A stretch of 64,000 bases of DNA from positions 19,586,879 to 19,650,878 of the forward strand of contig NC_082594.1 of NCBI RefSeq assembly GCF_030936135.1, written 5' to 3'. Shown here piece after piece: positions 52,095-64,000 of the stretch. The DNA is from Gavia stellata (lineage: Eukaryota). The notes beneath the pieces were generated by a model. It did not search any database, was not told the origin of the DNA, and was given only the letters and a program-made list of their open reading frames with translations. Position numbers and translations under genes: made by a program. Every line of letters starts with the position of its first letter. Positions within the stretch are counted from its first letter, which is position 1.

Positions 52095-55000
52095 CTAATA
52101 CAAGTCCATTTGGAACATGCCAAATGTGAGTTACAACAAAAACCACAAGTGATGTTGTCATGAAGTTCAGCAGATAGTCCAGCAGAATCAGGATCACACA
52201 TAGAGGGAAGAAAGGAGCAATTCAATTAGTTATTATGGAAAAAGAGCTGGAAATTAAAGAGTGCTAATGTTATGCTCCAGTTTTGTAAAGTAAATTAGAA
52301 ATTAAAAACTTAAGTATTAAGACCAATTTTGGTGCTGAATGTAACTTCATCCTTTCAAGCACATCTGAAGCAATACATATTGTCTATGTAACAGAAGAAA
52401 GAGCAAACAGTAATTTTATACCTGAGCCCTATTCTGCCTTACATACTAACCACAATGCTTCTCCCTTAAATAAATTAGACACAGAAACATTGTCAAACTA
52501 AGAAAAAGAAAAGATCAGCTGTTGCATTTCTAGAGACTGTAGGTTTATTCTTTTAATAGCAATATAACCTGAAGACTTACATACCTATGTATCTGTGGAT
52601 ATTTCAGTCCAGACTACCTGGAGTCAGCCTTTTGTATGGCACTTCAGGCATCTTTAGCTAGTTTTTTAAAACCCAGTCCAAACAAACTGACACAACTAGT
52701 GACAAAATGCATAACTCAACTATGCTTAGTTTAAAAAAACCTTGATATATATCTAAAGCTTAACCTGAAATATCAACATAAGATGAAAATCCAGTTAATG
52801 TTCCACATTTATTTTCCTTAGTTCTGTGCCTAATATTAATGTGTATGTGTTTACACAGATTTATTTGGCTAGAGCAATTAAGACCTAAAACAGAAAACAT
52901 GCATCTAACCACTTATAGTTCACTATTTATGCAAGTGTTTAGAAATAGAACCCCACATGATGAAATTTAAAACATTAACTCAACATAACATAAACCATTA
53001 AAAGCATAGATATATGGTACAATCAGATCTTGAAATAACTCATCATTCACCTGCTGTGGACAGTTATGCTTTCAGAAGAAATTCCTTCTGTACAGAGATC
53101 TCCATTACTTGCCCAGGTATTTAGAGTTCAGCAACAACATTCAAGACTAGCACTTTATTTACACGCCCAAATCAGAGAACAATTCTTCTGAAAGTCTAAC
53201 TCCTGTAATAGTAGTAGAGCTCAAGAGTTCTAAAAGTCTGCTAAATCATATATATACACTATTTTAAAACAGCATTATATCTATAGAGATAAAAATATAT
53301 GGAACTTAGATCATGGCTGTATATACGTGCATTGTTCAATATTTGACACTGAGTAAGAAAAAAGTTACTTCAACAGCTGCATAAAGATCTACTACTGCCC
53401 CAAAGTACCTTAAAATCTGCAGCATTGGTTAAAAATTGTTAAAAAAATCTTTAACTCATACCAGCTTGTTAGCAATGGATACGAATTTCAAAAAATAGCT
53501 TATCACATATTCCTGATAATTTTTACCATTTGACTTTTAGACAGAGTCAAGTCCTCTTTCCAGCAAGGACCCCTCTCTCCAGCTAATAATAAAATTGCAG
53601 TAATTAACTACCTACAATAAAGTATGGAGGGAAAAAAGCTATTTTTAAAATGTTATGTTCAAAGATAATCTATGTTTCAAAAGACTGCAGTGGAACAAAA
53701 AGAAGATTGCTCCAACTTTCCCCTAAAAGACTTCAGAAAAACACCCAATTTAAAAAATGAAAACTGTATTTCTGGTCTATAAAGCACATTCTCAATTCCC
53801 CTCAGTGGAAACTGAAACTAACTCTTACAGTGTTTAATAGACAGCGCTCAAAGGATCTTTAAAACATCTTTCCAACAACAGGAAAAATACAATAAGGCTA
53901 TGCCTTTCTATAGGGGCCTGCCCCCCCAAATGAAAAAACCTTAGAAGTCCAAAAGAGAAAAAAACCCCCATCTAACTTGTCCTCCAGTAGCATGCAAAAG
54001 AAAATGGAAGTTTAAAAAAAAATTTTTAAAACCTGCATTTTGAAGTGTCAGTATATTCCCTGCATTTCCATACCTGGAATGACTTTTTGTAGAAAAACAA
54101 CAGTTTGAGAGAGATACCATGATTTACGATACCATGCTGCTTTCTTTACATCTCTTCTTCAGTGTCTATATGATCACAAGAGAATGTTCCACAGGTGACC
54201 AGTAACAGTGGTCTCCAGCAAAAAAGCATCTCTGAAAACAGTATTTTGTGAAAAGCATCCCCCCGACTTCATAAGAAATGATACAACTGATAAAATGAGC
54301 TGGCTCCTATGATGTGAAGTGAGATCCTCTCCTTTAACTGGTGAAGACCAGACTCATATATTTTGTGGTCAGTCAAAATCTCCTTTTCCTCTAAGGAACA
54401 AAGGATTTTGTCCCAACTTCATTATACAGATTGCTCAATCACAGACAGATACTGAGAAGGCATATATAAAAAGATACAGCTACAAAATGCTTCCGTTTTC
54501 CAGCAAAACTATAATGGAATCACTGTTTATACTGTATACTCCTTTATATCATACCACCACTAGAACATCCCAAATATTGATTCACACAATACTGAAGAAT
54601 ATGTAAAAATAAGATTAAAAATTATACAGTTGTTTCTCTACATAAGACATTACAGCTAGGAAGAGTGACTGGCTATGAGAACAGAGCAAAAATGGCTAGT
54701 GCTTTAACTGCATCCCAATGGCATATCTGCTCTCGGTAAAAAGTTCCAGATGTATACAAGACATTCCCTACCACCCTTGGCAACTGGGCAATTTTATTTT
54801 TCTTGTATTGATATGACAGTTATCCCTAACAGCTGTTGGCATACTTATTTTCTAAATGGCATAATTACTGTCATAATCTCATGCTTTCAACACTGTTAGA
54901 AAGGAAATACAAAAAACACTGAAGTTGCTTTAAAAAATTAAATAGTTTACACAAAGATATCTTCATACTACGTATCTTCCAACATTTACCTGTTCATCAA

Positions 55001-55438
55001 AAGCCCCAACAAGCCAATACATATAATTTAGTTTCCCAAAAGAAAAAACAGCAAATGCCTAAATTTACAGATTACTCTGGTATGCTGTTCCTTCTTCATT
55101 TCACAGAATTGATTTCCTTCTATCAATGGGTTTTTCATGACAGGTCATACATGCAAAGTTTTGCCACAAATGCTGTACATTCTAACCTCAATTTAAAGTT
55201 TGGTTACTGATCAAAGAACTCCCCCCATTCCTAAGGGAAGTAGGATTTTCATAGGAACATCAAATTAAAATTTCCCTTCTGCATTGCAAATTATTTGCAT
55301 GAACAAGTTTTATCAATTACTTTTAATAGATTCAGAACATGTAACACTTTCTTACTCTGTGTGAAAATATCTTTGGTAACAAAAATGGGCCATGAGACAT
55401 GACAGCTATTCAAAGTAATTAAATTTGTGATACATTAC

Positions 55439-55608
55439 CACTGTTCCATTATCTGGCATCATTGGTGTTCCCATATTTGCAGCTCCTTCTGGTCCCATGG
55501 AAGGACCAGGCCCCATTGCAGGGCCAGGTAAAGTTCCTCTGTTGTTCATATTCATACCCATCATTGGAGGAGGGCCTTGGTTACCAGCAGGTGCTGGGCT
55601 AAACGCAT
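55439..55608 (-). CDS. PSPC1: PSPC1 penultimate coding exon (G/P/M-rich low-complexity region)
   Basis: Minus-strand acceptor ttgttttgcatAG (plus-strand cta at 55609-55611) and donor GTAATG (plus-strand cattac at 55433-55438). It encodes (D)[56 protein letters not shown] (human [57 protein letters not shown]). Confidence 0.9.
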
Positions 55609-56476
55609 CTATGCAAAACAATCTATACTTAGAGCTGTCCTATCTGAATTTTACAAGAATAAACAAACAATTTACAATATTTAAAAAGCCAAATGTACAA
55701 GACTTCCAATACTTGAAATAAAAAACATTCTTTGAGACTGTACATTTATCTCAATCATCTGCTTTTAAACAGATTTTCATTAATCCCTATTATTTTGCAT
55801 TACATAATCTGCCTCATGTATTTGAAAATCCTGAACTTTACAGCTAAATATAGCTGTACGGTTTCTGTGCAGGAATTGACGTATATAGCATATATATGCA
55901 GTACACACACCACAAATTAGCAAAAATCTCAAGTGCTTTTGCAGTAATTGGCAGCTAGCTATAAGACAACTTGGCTTTTTAGGGATCACAGCATATTAAA
56001 TACATATTTGCAAGAACTGTTCTACCAGTATTATGTTAATTGTGTATAGTGTTACAGTGTATTAGTCTAATATCTAAAAGCAATACCAAAGATGGTACTC
56101 AACTTTACAATAAATTATGTGTAAAATGGCATAAAAAAAATCTTGCATTTAAATATTATTATAGTAAAAGTACCAGAAAACTAAGAGAAGTTTTGTTAGA
56201 ATTGAAAGTGACAGAACAGTCTCCTCCAAAATTCTGATTCACAGTAAGAGGTAGAAGAAAAGCTTAAAAACATCTTTTGAGGAGATCATTTAGCTGTAAT
56301 AGCATGCTAGGAAACACCACTCTGCCAGTACCCACTAACATACTCAACAGGTAGGTAAAATTGCCTTCATAACATTTTCTCATGAGTCATATGAAAGAAA
56401 AAAGTGTGATTAGATGTATCATTTACATCTGCTATTACGAAATACCATCAACTTTGAGACTGGTGGTAATGCATTT

Positions 56477-56488
56477 CCCCCCCCCCCC
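56477..56488 (+). repeat. Homopolymer C tract (12 C) in a PSPC1 intron (G12 on the PSPC1 sense strand)
   Basis: gcatttccccccccccccaagaatt. Confidence 0.85.
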
Positions 56489-58334
56489 AAGAATTATGCA
56501 CCCTTTTCAGCCAAAAGTGTGCATGCAAAATTTGATAATGGAAGAAAACATGCCTTTGGAATCTAGCCTAGGTTTTAAGCCATGACAACATACAAGAACA
56601 TCAAGAAATCTGACATGTTGGTAGACTAATAAACTTGTTATTTTTATTTCAAAAATCAACCTCTCACCTCTCATCACAACTGTAACTTCTTTAGTAATGA
56701 ATATATAAATGTACATCACTGTAAGCAGGCCACTTAGCACAGACAGTACTATGACTATCTGCAGGTATGCAAAATTGCATCTTTATTACCTGCCCTAAGT
56801 ACACATATCACAGCAGTCAGTAAAACCACTGCATCCAAGATATTGCTCCTGAAATTGCAGACCCGGGCTTAATCATATACATTATGCCAACTGCAAACTG
56901 CTTCACAAAAAACAATCCATGCAACACAGTAGCACATGAAAAGAGTTAAACAGGTTTATTAGAGGTGATAGAGAAAAATCATGTAATTTTTGAAAAGCAG
57001 AACTCATTTGAACTTAGTAATGAGAAACTTAAGATCTCTCCCTGTGACACTGAGCCAAAACAAAGGTATGCGCAAGTCGGATGCTTCTTACCTACCCACA
57101 AGCATGATCAGTTCATGTAGCAGGCAGAAGACTGTGCTACAATTCAAGAGAATTACAGTTGAATATGCCCTAAAAGTGTTTTTTGATGTCATCCATTCAG
57201 TGACTAAATATGGAAGGAAAAGGAGAAGTCTGAACTGTCAATATAAGGAGAAACCTTTATTTTCAGAGGCTAGAAGTACTCTGCAGGACCGTCATGATGG
57301 CAGTACTTAGTGCTGGTAGTAGTGCCATTAACTAAAAGCAGTCAATGCTCAATTATCTGTTACTGGCTTGCCTACCAGCCTCATTAAACTTAGCCAGCTG
57401 GCCACATGCAGGTAGCATTCACTTATCCTTCAACTGCAACAAAGTTCTTATCCACTGTATCATACAAATTGTACCCATATTGCTTCCAGGGTGACATACA
57501 GTGACCTATCCTACCAAACCTCTATATTATAAAGCCAGTTTCAGGCAGAGTCAGCTCTGACAGGAGGACAACTAGGGAGTGTAATGCAAGGAGAGAGTGG
57601 GGCCCTGCACAGTTTCAGCAAGAGGCCACTATGGCGTTTTAGCTATACCTCAGAGGTCCTCCTAACTCCAAAGCAGACCCTGAGAGCTAACCATTTGATT
57701 GCCCATTCTTTTTGGTGGGACACCGATGCTAGCAGTTAATTCACTGGTCCAGGTTCAGCAACAGATGGAAAGCAGTCATCAGTGTTAATGCCACAATGCA
57801 GAGACACTAAAAAAAGGTCGTCTTCTGCAATCTGAAGGGCTGAAAAAGCACACTAAGTGTCTGAACTGCACATGCCAAGGTCTGGCACAGCTGGCAACAA
57901 GCCATAGTCAATAATCCTCATCAATGCAGAGACAGTTCCCAAAAAAGCCTTTTTTTTTTCCATATTGAAAAGTTTATCAGCTGCACTTAGCATTACAGAT
58001 CCAGTTAAGTGCTACGATGAGGCATATATAGATTCTATCAGAACTTGTTCGCCACAGAAAACAGTGTAAAAATGAGTGGTCCTGCACAAGTCAGCCCAAC
58101 ACTAATTAAATCCATCACAGAGATACCTTGCTTTCTAATAATGCTATCATGTAGGTATTTCCGTTACTGAAGATACTCCAGCTCCCCACTGTCCCACATG
58201 ATGAAAAGTCGCAAATGGCACAGGTAATAGCCAGTTAAAAATAAAGCTACAATTCCAACAGAAACGTTGAGAAAGTATTCTAACTTTAACAATTAAAGGA
58301 CTACTATTTAAACGTCTACTGCAGGCTTTTGGGG

Positions 58335-58401
58335 TTGAGGGTTTTTTTGTTGTAGTGGTGGGGTTGTTAATGGGCTGGAAAAAAAAAAAAACTTCTACAG
58401 T
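58335..58401 (+). repeat. G/T-rich block (related to 18088-18120) followed by A13, in a PSPC1 intron
   Basis: gcttttggggttgagggtttttttgttgtagtggtggggttgttaatgggctggaaaaaaaaaaaaac. It shares a TTGTTGT(A)GTGGTGGGG core with 18095-18112. Confidence 0.75.
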
Positions 58402-59856
58402 GAGCTAACCTAAAATCCAGATACTGTGGAAACAAACACTATCTTTACCTATTCACTATGGATATTTTAAAATAGTAGTTCAGTGTGACTCTAACTTCTT
58501 TTGGAACTACACATTTATTTCTAAAAGCATTTGTATGAAGTTTAAAATCAAGTTATAGCACAAAGCTTACAAAGGAAGATTATGATGAATATCACTGTTA
58601 AGCATTAAAACCTGACAAGAAAAGGGCTGTAAACTGATTGCTATAAATAGACATTTAAAATCTGTATGTAAACAGTGTATCTGGAGGATCTAGACAACTG
58701 GCACAGTATCAATATTTTAAAAGTCTCCTAATTAAATTAAATTTTCAAGTAGACTGCAATAATATGCAAAAGTACAACTATAAAATAAAAAAGTTAGTCA
58801 CAATTTATGCTTCAGCTTATTATTTGTAGATAACTTCACAATGCCTTCCTTTAGAATTATTTCTAAACCTCTTCATCTTTACTGGAAGAAAAAGCCTATT
58901 TCTATTTTGGAGCTATAAATGTGTCTCAGTAAGTGCAAGGAAATGGTGAATAATGTATTTTAAAGTCTGGACTGAGCAGATTCATTAGTCTATAAATTCA
59001 CATTAATCAAAAGGTCAAGCAACAATGTTTAAGAAGTTTTGTATGTACTTTCAAATTTAAAATACACAAAAATAGTACTAACTTTTCTTTAAATTATCAT
59101 CTTAATTTATTTTAAATTAACATCAGGAAGCTTCCAAGAGATATATATTGACAGTTAACACAGTTTAGTAAAATTTGGTGTTTTAAAGAAATATTCTAAG
59201 TTTCAGTCTTGTTTAAAAGCAGATATTCTGGATAAGTAAGATTCCAAACTGTTTCAGTCTGCATATATGGAGGAAGCACTAATTATTAAAAATGCACTTT
59301 TCTAGACTTCACAGGAACGGTTTTTAGCAGTGACAATATTTCAAGTCACAGAAATGAACTGAGAATATTTGCAAATACAGACTTGCAATAAATTAGTAGA
59401 ACACCAACCATATTACTCATTCATCTTTTGTCAGGTACGTCAACCAGAACTTAACCAATTTGAAGCTCTACATAATTTCACTGCATACAATTACAGTCCC
59501 AACTTCTCTGAATAGGTAGTCCCTCCAACAGAATGCCAAATACTTTCTGAACAGGAAATTCCTCTTTTGTAACAGATAATTTCTAGACCATCACCTTTCC
59601 CTTCCTTTTTGTTTCTCTTAACTTGGCACATATTATTTTTCTCCCACAGGTAGTCAAAACAATAAAGACATACCTTGGCGGGGGGGCGCAACTAACAGCT
59701 GTTTGGAAGCAAAATACATGAGGTTTTTTTATTTCCTAACATTGTTTACTCCTTTTTACCAGTAGTTATCACTAATTAATAGTGCTTGAGTAACATGTAC
59801 AGTCCCAAAGAAAAAGAAATTTTACATTACAGAGCCTTTTTCCTTTAGATCCCTAC

Positions 59857-59914
59857 CTCCCATGTTTATTGCTCCACGAGGACCCATATCACCCATTCTC
59901 ATTTCCTGTTCTCT
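59857..59914 (-). CDS. PSPC1: PSPC1 coding exon (58 nt)
   Basis: Minus-strand acceptor tttcAG (plus-strand ctgaaa at 59915-59920) and donor GTAGGG (plus-strand ccctac at 59851-59856). It encodes [19 protein letters not shown](D) (human [20 protein letters not shown]). Its phase-1 end joins the next exon as G+AT=Asp. Confidence 0.85.
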
Positions 59915-62900
59915 CTGAAAGTAAACATAGTTTTCATGGTCAACCTGTCATTCTTAGAACTTAAAACATTCCCATTTACTCCATGAAAATAAAAATTTTC
60001 AAGTTTCAAAAGTTTCCATTGATTACGAAAATGTACAAGGAATAAAGTTTAGTATACTCCCGTTTTTGTAGAATCAAATGGAGTAAGAAGTTCAATATAG
60101 CAATGTTGTACATTTTTGCACAATGCTAAAGGTTAAATATCACAAGTTTCATTTATCAGATGCAGCAGTCTAAAGCTCCCAAATAGTTATGTGATCAACT
60201 GCAAATGAATCCATCTTCAGTGTTTTTCATTAATAAGTATATTTACATTTTAACTGTAAATAAAGAGGTCTTATTACAGTATTGCCTAAAGGCCGTGGTT
60301 CAATAATACAGTCAATCTGGCTTCATGACTCAAAAATGCTTGTGTTGACTGGAAACCAAGCTCTGATGTGTCATATTATGGTACATAAACTCAATCTGCC
60401 AGTTCATCTTTGTTCAAATGGTTTTGACGTAACTTGGTGATGGTATATTTTTTGATAAATTATATCATGCTATTGATATGTCAGTTCAGATACTGACCAT
60501 CCTTTTGAAACCAGCATAAAAATGTAGTATCAACATAAACTATATAACATGCATTTATACTCAATAAACAAATAACACACCAAATTGATCCATATTCAAT
60601 TGATGCTCAGTCATCCAACAACAAAAAAGTTCTGACATTACTGATCATGAACCACGGCCTGCTGTGAAACAATACTCAAAAGATAGTACCCAGAGTGGCA
60701 AAAATCTTCACTTAGGGGAAAACAAAGAATTATCACAGATAATTCTAAGGGATTTTAGTATTACTGTTTATATCAAAAGGATGAAATAGAAACAAATTCA
60801 CAGTTCAAAATGAAAACTAATGAAACTTATACCAAAAATTTTTTTCTCATTAATTTTCTGCAAGAATGTTAACGTATATTCCACTCTTGAGTGAACACAC
60901 GTGTGCTGAGAATAAGCATGTGCAAAAAAAATTACCTGATTCTGAAAATCATTCCACTTATGATTTAAGAGTGTAAGTTCAGATGCACTTTGAAAACAAT
61001 TCCACAGATTAGGCAACTGAATCAGTCTTGCTAAAAGCAACTTTTAAACTGAAATATTAATCAAATTAAAAAACATTCATAGTATTTTTATGGTTTCACA
61101 AAACTCCTTTTTGTTCAATCATGTTTGGGATGCCAAACATGAGTCTTCTATCTTCACACACTGAAAGCAGCAGACACCAATATTTGACAGAGCAGACTCA
61201 ATAGTTTTGTAAAAATATCCTGGTATGGGAAATTGTCATAAGATACATGAAAAAAGGCTCTCAGGTCAATAACTTTGTTTCTACTAACTCATATTAACCT
61301 AGAAAATATACTTAACATAAGATCATGCACTATTTTCAAAAGAATATGGCTTAGTGTGGAGAGGAAAAGTAAGGCCTCGTAACTAAAAGACACAGGCAGG
61401 TTTTAAGGTCCAGCTATGAAAGGCCGTTGATGAACCCTAAGAAGGACCTCTTCTTCTGATGCTTGAACCCACATTAAACCTTTATAATAGAACATGCAAC
61501 TACTTTATCAGACCTTTCACAGTAATGTCAGACAGTTTAAGTAAAATCAGCAGCCCTATTAGAATCAATCATACCCACAAATTGATCCCAATGAGTTAGT
61601 CACAAAATCAGCACACAACCTTCTTGATAGTAGTCTGCTTTTACACCTCAGCCCTGACATGAAGAAGCAGAAGGAAAAGTGGTATTTCATCCCTAATGTC
61701 AATCCTTAGCCCAACATGACAGAAAAACACCGTGGCTCTCAGTTAACATCAATCAGACTGTGCGTGCATGCACGTGTGAAAACAGGACATGCCACAAACA
61801 GCTGTGAGATACTCTAGCTACAAGGGAAAGTACCAGATTTTGAATTAACGCACATAACTCACTTGATGCATCTCAGGTTCAACTGCAAGTTGGTGTTTGG
61901 GGGTTTTTTATGTGAAAAATTACATGTAAGGCAGGGCCAAGTACAATACCAGCTAGATAAGGATGTTAAGTACAGAGCTATAAAGCTGTACTAGTTACTA
62001 GAACTTAACTTGTTTTCTTTGCAAAGGACAGAAGCATTGGCAAGCTGTAATACACTTTTTCTAAAAAGCAAACACCACTTCCTCCTAGCAATAAACCATT
62101 TTTTTCTCAGCTTGAAATGCCACCTGTCTTCAGTTAACAATAAGTAGAACAAGAGAGGGGTAGAACCTGTCATTTTTACTTTTTTTTTTTAGTTTAGTCT
62201 AACCTATGTAACAAAAACCATGAAGTAATTATTTGCCATTTTGTAGCTTTAACCTTGGTGTTGAATTATTACCATATAAAAAACATTTCGGCTATAGACT
62301 CAAGATCCATAAACTTGCCTTATGATCTCTGCTTCCTGTTAATCTATCAACGTGCCTACAAGAATTGTTATTATTATTACTAGTACTGTTGCATGTTCTC
62401 AACTTATCATGTTCTTTTGAATTTTCAGCATGGGGAAATTCTTCTATATGGTTAACACGGAATTAGCAAATTTAAGATAAATCCCCTGTCAGAGAAAATA
62501 TGCAATTTCAAATGTTAACTGACAGCGTATATCATTAATGTAATTAAATGATTGATATATTAACTGTAAAAATATGTAGTTAGGTAATTTGCCAAAACCT
62601 GTATTTGCAGGAGTCCAGACGATAACAAAAATTCAGTCCTATTCCACACAAATCATGTCCTAGACAGCTATTTAATATGTGAACATAAACAAGTTATTGC
62701 AGGTTAAGTTAGGTCAACTATTCCATGGGTTTTGCCCAAAATATGACAGAGAAAGGAATACCAACAGGCAGTTACGATAGAGTAGCCAAACCAGTGCTGG
62801 TTGATATTCCAGCCCACCCAAGAGCTTCGTTCTTGGATACTCAAGCCCTTTGCAGAACATAACAACAATAGCATTATCTTCTCAGAGCTTCTTTTCCTCA

Positions 62901-64000
62901 CTATGGGACTGCCCATTCTTCTGTTGAGTAGCAGCCTGCTTCAGCCCCTTCCCTTAAGCCACCCAAAACTACCCATAACAGGGAGTTAAAATTGAGCAAC
63001 AAGAGAGGAGGGCTAAACTTTTACTAGAGAAATATGCAGGCAGGCGATTAACAACCTCTGAAGTCACCTGGTACCTGGGAAAACAACTTAAAATGGAAGA
63101 GAACAATAAAAATGGATGATATGCAATTATAGGGGGAAAAGAAAGCCGTAAGACAAAGAATGGGTAGTAAAACATAATTTAAGCTTTGGGAGGATTAAAA
63201 CAAGCCCCAAAACCAGAAAACAAAAGGGAAGCAAACAAATAATATCCTATTGTAAAAGGATAATTCTTTACACAACTCAAAAGAAAGCTTTGCAAATTAC
63301 TTCTGTTGCATGATTCTTGTAAAATACTTCAGAACTCACTAATGCAAACAAACCTCAAGAAGGTCTGATTCATGTGAGTAATTTGCTTTTAGAAAAACTC
63401 CTATGATAGCACCTGTAGCATTATACTTGCTAATTACTTTAGATAGAAGCACTAAAAATGAGATTTCCTCACAATTCCAACCCCTTTTAATGTCAAGTGT
63501 ATAAAGCAGATCTACACAAAAAGATTCAATACATCCAGTTTTCAAATTACATCTATATTGTACATTTAATATAGTATGGATTCTCCCCTTTTTACAAGCA
63601 TTAGAAACAAGATTTCTTGAGCATTTGAGGTATATCATGAGCAACATGCTTACACCTCAATCACCATCGATACCAGTAGTCTAAGTATACACTAAGTAAG
63701 CCAAGATAATTCTTCTGGTTTTTTTAAATATATTAGTATATTTTAAAATTCACTCCATAAAACCATGAAACTAACTGTTTTTAAAAGACACCCAAGAATT
63801 GATACAGGAGAATTTATCAGATGCAATTCCCTTCTCACACTGAAAATAAAAATACAAGTAGTTATAAAACTGGGATTTTTTTAAACTGACAAACCAATAC
63901 TACTTTCTTCCCTGGAAACAGGCCTTGCAATTGCAGCATCCTGAAGAAAATAAAAAATCTTGTCTCCAAATGATGCAATATTCATGGTAACAAAACAGTC

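Noticed and set aside
55406-55621. ORF-track entry beginning with M that might suggest an independent start codon
   Set aside because: The first codon is TTG (plus-strand caa at 55619-55621), so the track prints alternative starts as M. The ORF is an internal PSPC1 exon plus flanking intron. Track start coordinates should not be used as translation starts.
1-64000. Prokaryotic-style novel system (defence island, operon, CRISPR array, toxin-antitoxin)
   Set aside because: The window is vertebrate nuclear DNA: spliced orthologues of MPHOSPH8 and PSPC1, CR1 LINEs, AT-rich introns, no dense co-oriented ORFs, no direct-repeat or spacer arrays. No such system can be supported.
60000-64000. Search for the next upstream PSPC1 exon (...RRQQEGFKPNYMEN)
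   Set aside because: I found no minus-strand frame encoding this peptide or an E/R-rich coiled-coil segment in this interval. The candidate at 61440-61460 (ctcttcttctg) translates to unrelated sequence. I presume the exon lies beyond 64000.

Overview
This window is vertebrate, almost certainly avian (chicken-like), not prokaryotic. It holds multi-exon genes with GT-AG introns, AT-rich introns and an AT-rich intergenic stretch, and several CR1 LINE fragments with the diagnostic CR1 3' end (GGACCAGATGATCTCCAGAGGTCCCTTCCAACC followed by ATTCTRTG octamers). Two convergent protein-coding genes are present. (1) The 3' two-thirds of MPHOSPH8 (MPP8; chromodomain plus four ankyrin repeats) lies on the + strand. 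I mapped 13 coding exons from 893 to the TGA stop at 21042-21044; the first coding exon(s) lie upstream of the window. (2) The 3' end of PSPC1 (paraspeckle component 1) lies on the - strand. I mapped the last three coding exons at 59914-59857, 55608-55439 and 52094-51909 (stop TAA at 51911-51909); the rest of the gene lies beyond position 64000. This matches the human 13q12.11 arrangement of MPHOSPH8 and PSPC1. About 30.9 kb of AT-rich sequence separates the two stop codons. It contains CR1 fragments, short low-complexity tracts and no convincing additional gene. I found no defence-island-like, operon-like or otherwise novel system; the ORFs longer than 100 aa in the track are antisense or out-of-frame readings of CR1 elements, or exon read-through into introns. 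Two points need care. The ORF track prints non-ATG starts (e.g. TTG) as M, so ORF starts are unreliable. The UTRs and poly(A) sites of both genes cannot be fixed from sequence alone.
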